Assembly (NCBI RefSeq): GCF_964355755.1
Contig: NC_092675.1
Location: 7,435,812 to 7,499,811 of the forward strand
Length of the DNA stretch: 64,000 bases
Source of the DNA: Antedon mediterranea
Lineage: Eukaryota; Animalia; Echinodermata
Direction: 5' to 3'
Part shown: piece after piece, positions 1 to 11,700 of the stretch
How the letters are laid out: every line of letters starts with the position of its first letter
How positions within the stretch are numbered: the first letter of the stretch is position 1
Notes under the pieces: generated by a model
Database searches by the model: none
Seen by the model: only the letters and a program-made list of their open reading frames with translations
What the model was told of the DNA's origin: nothing
Position numbers and translations under genes: made by a program

Positions 1-2074
1 GTATCACGCGTATGGTGAAAGATGGCCGTTCAGTCATCCTAACGTCTCATAGTATGGAAGAATGTGAGGCGTTGTGTACTCGTATTGCTATCATGGTCAA
101 TGGTAGATTTAAATGCTTGGGTAGTATCCAACATCTTAAGAATAAGTAAGTATCTTTACCTAAATCTTTTATAGGAATTACATTATTTATTACAATACTT
201 AACTCTTACTTTGTTATTTTCCAGACACAATAATCATAAAGTGCTAAATAAAATTGATTTGTGTATGGAAATTGACATTTTAAATTATAAAATTTAAAAT
301 TGTTATTTTTCATGATATGATTAAAGTAGTAAACATTCATTGACTAGTAAAAAATATATTTATATTTTTTTGGTTGATTCCATTTTTTACTTTATTTATT
401 CATTCAAATATGTATGTTAATTTTTTGTTAATAATCTGATGAAATAGAACCCAACAATTGTTGCCTGAATAGTGGTTTGACTAGTGTTAAAAACTCCGGA
501 TAGATATAGTGGTATCCTAAAGGATGGAATATACATTAAATATTTCCACCTCGAATGGTTAATCTAAGTAAAAAATGTTCTTCTAGGTTTGGGGATGGTT
601 ACACAATTACAATAAGAGTGGGAGGAGATCAACCGCAACTACGACCAGTGATAGACTTTATGACCCAGGCCTTCCCGCAGGCTGTACTCAAAGAATTTCA
701 TCATAACATGATGGAATTTCAGATACCCTCACCAAAGACATTCCTTTCAAAACTCTTTGGCAAGTTAGAGTCTTACAAGGAGCAGTTGAACATTGAAGAC
801 TACTCAGTCAGTCAGACAACTCTAGATCAGGTATTTACATACCAATTATTGTGTCCTGTGGTTAAAAATGTAATATTAATCATCCTCGAATTCAGATTAT
901 GTCCTCAATAGACCCACGACAGCCACAGTGCAGCAAGGACATATCATGATCAGCACACTGGTAGATTTTCTCTACACTTTATAGAATAGTGTATTATATA
1001 AATTAATATAACATTTTATAAGCCTGTAATGAAGCAGGGTTTGAAACTGAGAAAACACTTTGTTAGCTTGAGAATAATAATATGACTTAGTAAACGCAAC
1101 ATCTGTGAACGTTTTTGAAGGAAAATTGGACAAGTATTGGTCAAATAAGGACTTTAATACCATTCTGGGCTTTGAAGTATAACTGACTGTGGGTCACAAG
1201 AGGAAAACTATCCTATGTAATATATACCCACACACATGAAGTTTCAAGTCTTTATTGTGCATTGTCACAGGACCAACAGATTTACATCCAATCTGAAGGA
1301 CGATGTAATGAGAATAAAGTATCTTGCCTAAGGCTACAAGCAATTTAACAGGTCTTGAACCCTTGCCTCTTGTATTTGGTATTGAATAAATGAAAGTTAT
1401 AAACTTATTTGTATCTCAATCTATCATCATTATGCAAATACTTGATTATTTTCAGGTTTTTATAAGCTTTGCTAAGCAACAGAAAACAGGGGATGAATTA
1501 GCGTTTAATGCAGATAATACAGCACATGATGAACCTGTATCAAATCAAATACAACTCACCTCAGGTAAGCTGTCTAGCTAACATGCTGTATGATCTAGGC
1601 CTAATTTGTACTGTCATTTATGAACAGTAGATTGCTGTGTTATTCTTGTTCTGTAAAATGTACTCAAACTGTAGCTTGGTTGTTATTCATGATGGCATTC
1701 AGGGTTTCGTTATAACGAAAACTGATGTTTCATTCTCTAGCTTTCGCTGGTCAACCGAAAGCTAGAGAATTAAACATAAGTTTTTCATTTTATTCAATTT
1801 ATTGTTGGATCATCAAAAAAGGAAATCCTATAAATTACTAATAAGAGATCCAGATGAACCTTTTCACAAATTATTTACATTACTTTATGTTCTCTTTTCA
1901 GATGGAGTACGATTTCACAATCGGCAAGTATCAGTAGAGGACTACAGTGGGTATTCCAACCCATTGTACAGTCAGACCATACCAGCAGCTGAACGGCCTA
2001 GAAACCCTCACGGCTTCAGTAACCCATTGTATGCAGTTGGCAACCAAACAAAAAATGACTCATCAGAATGCTGA
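1..2074 (+). CDS. ABC transporter subfamily A (ABCA1/4/7-like), last four coding exons; 5' part lies outside the window
   Basis: Exons <1-145, 587-830, 1456-1564 and 1902-2074, all GT-AG and phase-compatible. They translate to [46 protein letters not shown]...[22 protein letters not shown] (NBD2 H-loop and R2 domain; VFVNFA-like motif of ABCA1). Stop TGA at 2072-2074. Confidence 0.93.
1279..1365 (-). mobile_element. Degenerate CORE-type tRNA-SINE fragment (related fragment at ~58690-58750)
   Basis: tttacatccaatctgaaggacg...aagtatcttgcctaaggctacaa...cttgaaccc resembles the antisense SINE core plus B-box. A second copy reads ttaatgtcctatccgaaggacg...agtatcttgcctaagaatacaa. Confidence 0.45.
1717..1785. 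repeat. Near-perfect ~70-bp palindrome (hairpin MITE relic) in the last ABCA intron
   Basis: aaaactgatgtttcattctctagctttcg-ctggtcaac-cgaaagctagagaattaaacataagtttt. Confidence 0.7.
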
Positions 2075-3092
2075 GTGGTGGGGTATACCGGCAACTGAAT
2101 GCCTAGGAACCCTCACGGCTTCAGTAACCCATTGTATGCAATAGGTAACCAAGGTAGAAATAACTCATCAGAATGCTGAGTGGTGGGGTAATACCGGCAA
2201 CTAAATGCCTAGGAACCCTCACGGCTTCAGTAACCCATTGTATGCAATAGGTAACCAAGGTAGAAATAACTCATCAGAATGCTGAGTGATGGGGTAATAC
2301 CGGCAACTAAATGGCCTAGGAACCCTCACGGCTTCAGTAACCCATTGTATGCAATAGGTAACCAAGGTAGAAATAACTCATCAGAATGCTGAGTGGTGGG
2401 GTATACCGGCAACTAAATGCCTAGGAACCCTCACGGCTTCAGTAACCCATTGTATGCAATAGGTAACCAAGGTAGAAATGACTCATCAGAATGCTGAGTG
2501 GTTGGGTAATACCGGCAACTAAATGGCCTAGGAACCCTCACGGCTTCAGTAACCCATTGTATGCAGTTGGCAACCAAACAAAAAATGACTCATCAGAATG
2601 CTGAGTGGTGGGGTATACCGGCAACTGAATGCCTAGGAACCCTCACGGCTTCAGTAACCCATTGTATGCAATAGGTAACCAAGGTAGAAATGACTCATCA
2701 GAATGCTGAGTGGTGGGGTAATACCGGCAACTAAATGGCCTAGGAACCCTCACGGCTTCAGTAACCCATTGTATGCAGTTGGCAACCAAACAAAAAATGA
2801 CTCATCAGAATGCTGAATGGTCGGGTAATACCGGCAACTAAATGGCCTAGGAACCCTCACGGCTTCAGTAACCCATTGTATGCAATAGGTAACCAAGGTA
2901 GAAATAACTCATCAGAATGCTGAGTGGTGGGGTAATACCGGCAACTAAATGGCCTAGGAACCCTCACGGCTTCAGTAACCCATTGTATGCAATAGGTAAC
3001 CAAGGTAGAAATAACTCATCAGAATGCTGAGTGGTGGGGTAATACCGGCAACTAAATGGCCTAGGAACCCTCACGGCTTCAGTAACCATTGT
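1979..3092 (+). repeat. Tandem array, ~10.5 copies of a 105-107-bp unit made of the last 31 ABCA codons, the stop, and ~10 nt of UTR
   Basis: The unit's TGA recurs at 2072, 2177, 2283, 2390, 2495, 2602, 2707, 2814, 2921 and 3028. Copy 1 is the real coding end ([31 protein letters not shown]). Confidence 0.97.
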
Positions 3093-3798
3093 TCTTCTTG
3101 CTGTACAAGAGTGAAAGGATTACTGCATATGGAGGGCTTGATGGCTAAAGTAAAGTACTCTCAGTCAAACTGGTCAGTTAATCAATTTTTCCGTCGATAA
3201 CTAAATACAGAGATAAGGATATAAGAAATGTCATGTAATCAAAGCTATTGACAGAGATAAAAAAAAGATTGAAGTTATTTGATTACCAATATAACATGAT
3301 GATATAAGAGAAATGAAAAGACAAATCTAATTTTTTAAGAAATATATATTTTATGTGTTAAATTAATAATATTTGTTACATAAGAATATGATACCAACCT
3401 TAATATTGGTAACATATTCTTATTAATTTTTACATGCCTTTAGGATATGGTTGATGCTTTATAGCTTTAGGAAAGTTTACATTTGCTTGGTAAACTTTCA
3501 TAGAAAATGTAATCTTTTAATTAGAAATTTAGTATTTTTTGTATCTTTTACATGGTAATATATCTTTAATCATGTGCAATATACTGAATATGCACACAAA
3601 TATTTTAGGTTTAACGTAGATAGTTTTATGACAAATTGTTTGTATAACTACAATTTGATGTAAGATGCCAAAAAGAAAATCATGATCATTCATGGTTATG
3701 TGTTTTCTATCTGACATGTTCGACTGTGCATGTATGTTTGACTTTTTAAAAGAAGTTTTAAAAAAATCTTTTGAATTAAATTGTTTTCATTAATTTAT

Positions 3799-4344
3799 AG
3801 ATGTATTGTCCCTTGAAACACAAAAAATGAAAAAAAAAATATTCTAAATTTAAATTGGCCATATCAAAGTAATATTAAAGTTATTCACTTTAAGTAGAAA
3901 ATTCGAGCCAAAAACAACAATTTTACGTAATTGACAGGTAAATTAATTAGATTACATTTCATCTGGGAAATCGTCGCAAGCGAAAGTAAACAAAGATTTC
4001 AAACCATGAGTATGCATTATTCATGATGCTAATTAGGATTTTTTACAACTTGTCACGGTTGAGAAGGTGTTTTCACACAGATCGCGAGGAAGTTTTATGA
4101 TTATGCATACAGAGTAGCCAAATAAGTGTGTTGCATTATGAGATATGTTTTGATTGAAAACTTTGACTGGAAGTCAAAGTTATTTTTTGAACAAAAAAAC
4201 ATCTGTATTTTGGTTAAATAATTTTTTTTTCCGACTAATTTTTGGTGAAAGTTAATAACTATTATGATACTTCAAAATGACCCACTTTTTTTCAAAATAA
4301 AAAAAAAAATTTTTTTTGCAATTAGTCAAAGGGACAATACATCT
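3799..4344. mobile_element. Non-autonomous Kolobok-type DNA transposon, family A
   Basis: TIR AGATGTATTGTCCC...GGGACAATACATCT with flanks TTAT/TTAA. The internal sequence is shared, inverted, with copies at 12206-12626 and 34036-34564. TTAA TSD with AG..CT ends is the Kolobok signature. Confidence 0.8.
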
Positions 4345-4520
4345 TTAATATTTAAAATGGTCTTGGCAACCAAAAAGATATACAAATAACAACTATGGTT
4401 AAATTAAATACAAATTTATAATCAGAAAGATATTTATTACTGAAATTATGAATCAAGAAAATAGTCAAAGATATAGTTGATATTGTACTTATATTATAAA
4501 GAGAAAGAAAAACAAGATTA

Positions 4521-4651
4521 AAGAAAATGTATGGTAGATGACATGATCATTGACATGTGTTCATGTCTATGGCAAAGATAGAAAGAAAATGTACGGTAGA
4601 TGACATGATCATTGACATGTGTTCATGTCTATGGCAAAGATAGAAAGAAAA
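4521..4651. repeat. Two-copy tandem duplication of ~62 bp
   Basis: aaagaaaatgta(t/c)ggtagatgacatgatcattgacatgtgttcatgtctatggcaaagatag x2. Confidence 0.9.
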
Positions 4652-4668
4652 TTATATACTAAATTTAA

Positions 4669-5002
4669 AGATGTATTGTCCCCCAAAAACATGAAAAATG
4701 AAGATTAATTAAATCAGACTTTGAATAGGTTATTTTGTAGTTTTCACTTTCGTAGAAAAAAAAAGAAAAAAATTAATGTTTTCACTTATAAAATAACAAA
4801 ATAAATCGTTAAATTCAACCAAAAATCCATTGGCTGGCAGCCAATTTGACTATTTTTTGCTTTAAATTACAGGTTTTTTCAGGTAAATACATTTTTTTCG
4901 ATCTAATTTTTGGTCAAAGTGGATAAATATTATGTGACATTAAAATGGTATATTCAACAACAAAATGTTTAATCATTATTTTTTCAGGGGGACAATACAT
5001 CT
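4669..5002. mobile_element. Non-autonomous Kolobok-type transposon, family B
   Basis: TTAA|AGATGTATTGTCCCC...GGGGACAATACATCT|TTAA. Homologous copies lie at 19146-19408 and, truncated and inverted, from 41541. Confidence 0.85.
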
Positions 5003-7666
5003 TTAAATATATTTCTATATAAGTCCTGTGAGAGAACAAACTTGTATTATCAGTGAAGATTGAAATTATAAAAGTTTAATTTCAATCTTTTCTGCAATAT
5101 CTTTCTACTAGGTTTTTGTACCATGTTGTGTGCTAAAGTAGTAAATATAGGCATATCTTGAAAGTATAGATGTAAATATTTCTAATTTCCTATAAAAGTA
5201 AATATAATCCAAGTTGCAATGCAGATTTTGTCATTCCAAATGCTGAAGAATATTGTTTATTATAAACGTTTATTTTAATTTTAAGTATAATGAAAGAAAT
5301 TATTAAAAACATATTATATGCCTGATGGTTTTATCAATTTGTGGAAAAACAAACTTGTTGAGCAAATAATAGAGATATTATAGTGCACTATGAGCAAATG
5401 TATAAATTTATTAGTTTTCTTAAACTTACTAGCCTTTAAATACTTAACAATCTAAACTTGTTTATAGTTTAATATCAATAAATAATCTTATTAACACAGT
5501 TGTGAAATATTACAGTTTGATTTGAATTATACTCAGAATTTTCTGATAGAAAGAAAAAAACTCAATTTCTGATATTTTCTCTTCGTTTGTTTTAGTTTAT
5601 TTTGAATTTTACTCAGAATTTTCTGCTTCATAGAAAAAAAAACTTAATTTATGATATTTTATGGTCATACTATGGGTATACTGTATACAGATGAAAATTG
5701 AGTATGGTTCTGTGTGTAATGTAAATACTCAACAGAAGTAACTAGCTTAGATACCAGGGCACAATTTGATATTTGGCTAGGCACCGTATAAACATAGTTA
5801 TACTTATATATATATACTTCAAACTTAGCCATTTTAATCTGTCTACAGAAATATCATATTTTTAGTTTATTTATTTCTTGTTGTGCCCTTATTTTATGAT
5901 ATGTTTTTAATTTTAATTATGATAAGAAAGCACTTATTGTGAAAGGCCACAGTGTGGCATATATTTTTGAAAGAAAGAACTGAAAATATTTTTTAAAGAA
6001 ACTTTTAACTTTACTTATTTTGCCACTATAATGCACTGTTGTTTTATAATGAGTGAAATGTATAGTTGTTTAGTACAAAAATAGTATTAGTGTAAAACAA
6101 AGTATAAATATATTGTTTTTTATATGTGATAGCTAGATTTTGTATTATTTTATGTAGGTTATAGTTCAGTGGTACTAACTCAATGCTATTTATACCTTTT
6201 CAGTCATGGTGTTGTCACCATAATACCAAACTCTCATTTTAGGACAGTAGACGAATAACAAACCTTAAATCCAATACAAACATGTTAATGAACGGAATGT
6301 TATTGTTTTCGATTTTATACAGCGCTTTTAACAATCAGCAGGTTGTCACAAAGCGCTTAAATAAAAATTGATAAATTCAATTCAAAACATTTATCGGAAT
6401 AAATAGTGGGTTTATATGCATACATCTCTCACCTATTGTCTTAAAGTAAAAGCTAATTATGTGCAGTATATATAGACGTTATATTCAAGCAATGATTCTA
6501 GGATGAAAATATGACACAATTATGCAACAAACTAGACTAGCTCTAAAACCCAATGGTTTTTCGCTTGATGAAATTACCAGGTATTTTGTATAAACTGAAT
6601 GAAAGGGTTTAAGGAGTCAGCTTGGAGTGGCCTGACATCTGCAGTGGCTTGAAAATGGCTGCCAATAATCATGATCATCTATTTGCGTCACCACATTTTC
6701 TGATGGGTGTCCTATAATTGTTCTAGAATCAAAATTATCATTTCGTTATGTTCAATTCAATATAATAATGAATTTCGGTGAAATTAAAATTGCATGAAAA
6801 TAATATACGCCGTTTATTACGCACAGAATCTACTAAATCAATCTAGAATTGTTTAAAAATAAATAAATGTTCTTTTCATTAAGCCTCTAGGAATCAAAAG
6901 GTTGGGGAATACAGGTACTGTACAAATAAAAATAGAGAAAATAGTATAAACAGGGTGCTTATTCACAATAAGAGACTGTATTATATACTATTTTCTCAAT
7001 CATATTCAACATATTCTTCCAAATGTAAGATAGTATTTCAATAATGTACCTTTAATTTGTTAATCATTCCATTTTTCTGTCATATTTCAGTGGTTATGGC
7101 AGGATTTTCAAAAAGGGTCAAACAGTATGTTTAATGTAGCCTGACTGTATCAATACATTGCGTATAGTGGTACCCATGTTGATGCCACCCCTGGGGTATT
7201 TTAAAAGTAAAAGTGTATATTAATGTTATGCATGCAACATAATACATTACCATATTACCACAGCTTTTATTACTTGGGTATTAATGCATGTTTTAGGTCA
7301 TAATGTTTTTTAATTACTTTTTAAGTAAGTCATTGGAAGTATTTTGTAGTTTTATTATATTGTGCTGTAACCTTGAATGCAATAAACTACTCAGTTTTTT
7401 TATGTATAAATCCATTTGCTTCAAATTGAGTTTATCTTTTATTTTTTGGAAGACAAACAACCACAATTAGTGACACCTCATTTTCTTATGCACTCCAAAA
7501 AACACCTTTCTGTATATAAATCCAGCGTTACCTTACTTCCTATCCTTTTCAAGCTGAGTGTCCCATAAGGCTACAATATAAATTCTGTACCATTATTCAA
7601 TTAACAAAATTGTAGATTATTGTAATTTCTTTGATAACCTGTCTATGAATTAATAAATTCTTACTT

Positions 7667-8643
7667 GGATAATTAAGTGCCATTGTTTTTCCCATAAAAG
7701 AACACCCCTCAAATATAATACAATTATCAATATTTCTTCAATCAAAGTCTTTTATTTTCTCCATACAGTAGATAATAGCATATTTAAGACTACAATATTA
7801 TGTACCCTTTGAAATAGTACAAATATTCTCAAGATATGTTTTTTTTTCGTTTAAAATCTTTTTCATTATCCTGGCCGAGAGATTTTTTAAACCATGACAT
7901 TTTATCTGTATCTTTTACACTATTCCCAGCACACTCGGCCTATATTTACAATTTTATTTTTATATTGCATTGAAAGTGCTATTTGCATTATTCTATCTTA
8001 CATTTACTCAATTATTATGACAAAATAAATGGTTTTTCAAATCCCACAGAAAATGCCTTTGTTGTGTGCTAAAATTATAAAGAACTTATAACACACGAAT
8101 CTCCTGTTTTTCCAAAGCGTGTAACAATTTCGAAATGCGTTGTAGGATAGAATAGAGCTAATTCACTAAAAGCCAATTTCTGACAGAATACAGTAAAGGC
8201 CAATTTACGACGAGCGGTAACGGTAATAAAATTATAGAATCTATGTTATTCCTTATGACCATTTACACGCAACACTGAGCAGACAGGATAATTAAGTGCC
8301 ATTGTTTTCCCATAAAAGAACACCCCTCAAATATAATACAATTATCAATATTTCTTCAATCAGTCTTTTATTTTCTCCATACAGTAGATAATAGCATATT
8401 TAAGACTACAATATTATGTATTTCGAAAGGCATTGTAGGATAGAATAGAGCTAATTCACTAAAAGCCAATTTCTGACAGAATACAGTAAAGGCCAATTTA
8501 CGACGAGCGGTAACGGTAATAAAAATATAGAATTTATGTTATTCCTTATGACCATTTACACGCAACATTGAGCAGACAGGATAATTAAGTGCCATTGTTT
8601 TCCCATAAAAGAATACCCCTCAAATATAATACAATTATCAATA
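7667..8643. repeat. Local segmental duplication (block A at 7667, 8286 and partial at 8579; block B at 8128 and 8421)
   Basis: ggataattaagtgccattgttttcccataaaagaacacccctc... occurs three times; tttcgaaa...tgtaggatagaatagagctaattcact...gagcagaca occurs twice, with a ~293-bp period. Confidence 0.9.
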
Positions 8644-8646
8644 ACA

Positions 8647-8723
8647 TAGTTGTGAATCCAGAAGAGATAGTTGTGAATCCGGAAGAGATAGTTGCGAATC
8701 CGTAAGAGATAGTTGTGAATCCG
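8647..8723. repeat. 21-bp minisatellite (~3.7 copies) just downstream of the MCCC2-like stop codon
   Basis: atagttgtgaatcc(a/g)(g/t)aagag repeated. Confidence 0.9.
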
Positions 8724-8781
8724 CTAGTGTGTAAAGAATGTGTCAGTTTGGTGTGGTAAAGAATCTATGTAGAATAACAAT

Positions 8782-11700
8782 TTACATTCGAAGTACTCCA
8801 AACTTTGTATTGCTTTCACCTTTTTGTTGAGATATTATGTTCAAACACTTGCCAAGAACCTGTAAACAAAAACAATAATTTTAAATGCAAGAAGTTTATT
8901 AAACTCATGAATATCTTGGCAAAGTAAATTTTGAAATACCAGTCAGTTAATCACCTAAGCAGCTGTGGTATCTAAACAGGATATCCAGTCGGATCAAATA
9001 AATATTACTAATTTAACTTACGTTTCTAGTATCCTTTGGAATTACTATGCCATCATCATACAATCGAGACGAAGAATAAAATGCAGACATCTTTTGATGA
9101 ACTAAACCTGCCGTTTCTTTTGACAATGTTTCTCTGTCTTCACTTGACATTGAACCTCCTTTTTTGGATAATTTTTCCTAGAAAAAGAAAAGAAATGTTT
9201 AATAATATTTTGACAAATCATGATTGTAATGAATAATAATGTAATTTTATTTTCTGATAGTTTAGTGGGACCTTGCATTATTTACAGGCTTACAAACCAT
9301 GACTTCTTTCTGAATTTGGGGTTGTTAATGAACTATCACTCTTGTTGGTGTGTAAAACATTTACAGGCATTTTTGTTACACGCTGGACTTGGTAATCATA
9401 TAATGCAAATTGTAATGTAAAATTGAAAAAAAAAATGTATTCTTACAAAAACAACTTTTTGTCATTAATTCTATACAAAGCCTATTAACTTGTTTTAAGC
9501 ACTTCTACATGCCCATATATAGATATTAATTTAATTGAAGACTAGTTTACATTTCTGATTAAAATCTCACCTGTAGTATAGCACTAGTAACATCATTTTG
9601 ATTTGCTAGACCTATCTGTGCATTCGGCCAGAGAAAATGAAATCTTGGATCAAAAGATCTTCCACACTACAAGCAAAAATTGATATAAAACAGAAAGTGA
9701 TTTCAGAATGTTAACATAGTTATCTTTATGCTTATACAATAAAACATTTCCAATCGCATATCTATACCCATTTAGCCACATTACTTCACTTTAACATAAA
9801 AATAGAAAACAATTTGAAACAATCATAGCATACCATAGCAAAGCTGCTTGGTCCAAAACAGCCACCAACAACAACTGATATCTTTGGCACTGACGTGCAC
9901 GCTACAACTGCAACCATCTTTGCTCGTGCCCGGAGCAGATCACCGAGAGCTTCGCTGTCCAGTTTTCCATCAATATCTGGATCCTCAGGAAGCGTGTTTT
10001 GTAAAAATATGATTGGTATGTTTCGCTGACTGCAGATTTCAACAAAATGCGCTCCTTTGAGAGCACCCTCATAGCTTAAATGCCCGTTATTTGCAACTAT
10101 CCCCACCAATGTTCTTGAAATATAAGAGAGAAAACTCATATATATCATGTACACTATTAGACCTTATCATGTTGAAACACCGGTTCTTGTTAGATTGTTG
10201 TTAAGCAACGTTGGGGTCGGTTAGAGCTTTGATGGGAGACCATCTGGGAATATCGGGTGCTGTATATGGAGCTGGGGTCCCATTAGGCATTTGAAATCAG
10301 CGCTGCTGACTCTTATAGCAGCCCCTGCATCTAGTATCTGCATCAGACATATTGGCTTATGCCTCTCCTCTGGTTAAGGTTGGCACTTGACGAGAGAAGC
10401 CCTTGGTCAATGTTGGGACCAGCCAAAGGTGCTTTAAACAGTCATCATTCAGATGAATACAAGACTAATTGACATTGTCGGCCATATTAGGTTTCATTTG
10501 TTTATTTATGAAAGATTGTCAACGTGTTAGGCTACAGTATTTGTAACATTTGGCAATGTTTTGAAACAAAGTGAATTATTAGATGTAGCCACATGGGCTC
10601 ATGAATATATGTTTAATGATGTCATTTAAATGATATACTATCAGAGAAGTAACATGTTTGAATTGCTGTGCCTGGCACACAAATAAACTCTTAAAACATG
10701 AACAAATACCGTAAAAATCATGGCAATAGCGATAAAACGAAATCACACTATTATTAACTCCCTTAACTATTACATACCCTTTAATAGTGGCAAATCCAGT
10801 GACCAAAGAAATGCCAAACTTTTGTTTAAACTCTTGAAATCTACTCCCATCCACTATTCTTGCTAGAATCTATTCATAGAAGAAAAAAAAACAAATAAAC
10901 ATTTTGGTTAACTGAAATCTTTATACACAAACTCAGAATTTTTTAATTTAGAAGCATATTGTTTGTGCTTAACTCATTCGCGACTTTTTTAATAACCTCT
11001 AAAAATCTGTACTATTTTAATATTTTTATTGTTGAAATAATCCAAGTATGGTGCCATGTAAGGAGTTATTTAGTAAAATATTAAAGGAAAACAATTCAAA
11101 AGAAAGGAAAACAATCAAAGGGCCCAAAAGTTACCCAGTATAAATATAAAACAAAACAAAACAAAAAAGGTGAAAATAAAAGGACATGCAATCTATTAGA
11201 ATAAACACAAATTCCCCCAAAATATTATTCATTGAATGGATATGAAAATTGTATTAACTTTGTAAGGATTGTAATCCAAGTCCAAACTATGACGTGGTGC
11301 TAGGCCAGCTAGGTCATCCGTAGAGTACATTGGTTCTGTGAACTCGGTAGGCTCGTCAGGATATGGCTCATTCAAGGTATCCACAATATTCCTTCCCATT
11401 TCAAAGGCTTCTATTTCAGTCTCTGCAAAATGGTCTGCAACACCACTAACACTGAAAGTTAATCAATTTTGTTATAATAGTAATAATAATAATACTGTAT
11501 CCTATATTTATAAAGCGTCTAATGTTGTGAAAACACCCCTTACGTGCAATGTACAGTGGCGCCACCAAGGTCTTCGGAAGTCACTTTCTCACCAATGGCA
11601 GCATATACAAGAGGTGGCCCTCCTAAAAAGATTGTACCGATACGATGTACCATTACTGTTTCATCAGCCATACAAGGTACATACGCTCCACCAGCAGTGC

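Noticed and set aside
2069-2179. Selenocysteine or stop read-through at TGC-TGA into the next in-frame 105-bp unit
   Set aside because: A second in-frame TGA follows at 2096, later units are 106-107 bp with TAA/TAG stops, and no SECIS was recognised.
1979-3092. CRISPR-like array
   Set aside because: The units are wholly repeated with no unique spacers, the context is eukaryotic, and there are no cas genes.
10153-10266. Functional 5S rRNA gene
   Set aside because: It has many substitutions and deletions, no oligo-T terminator, and is a single intronic copy.
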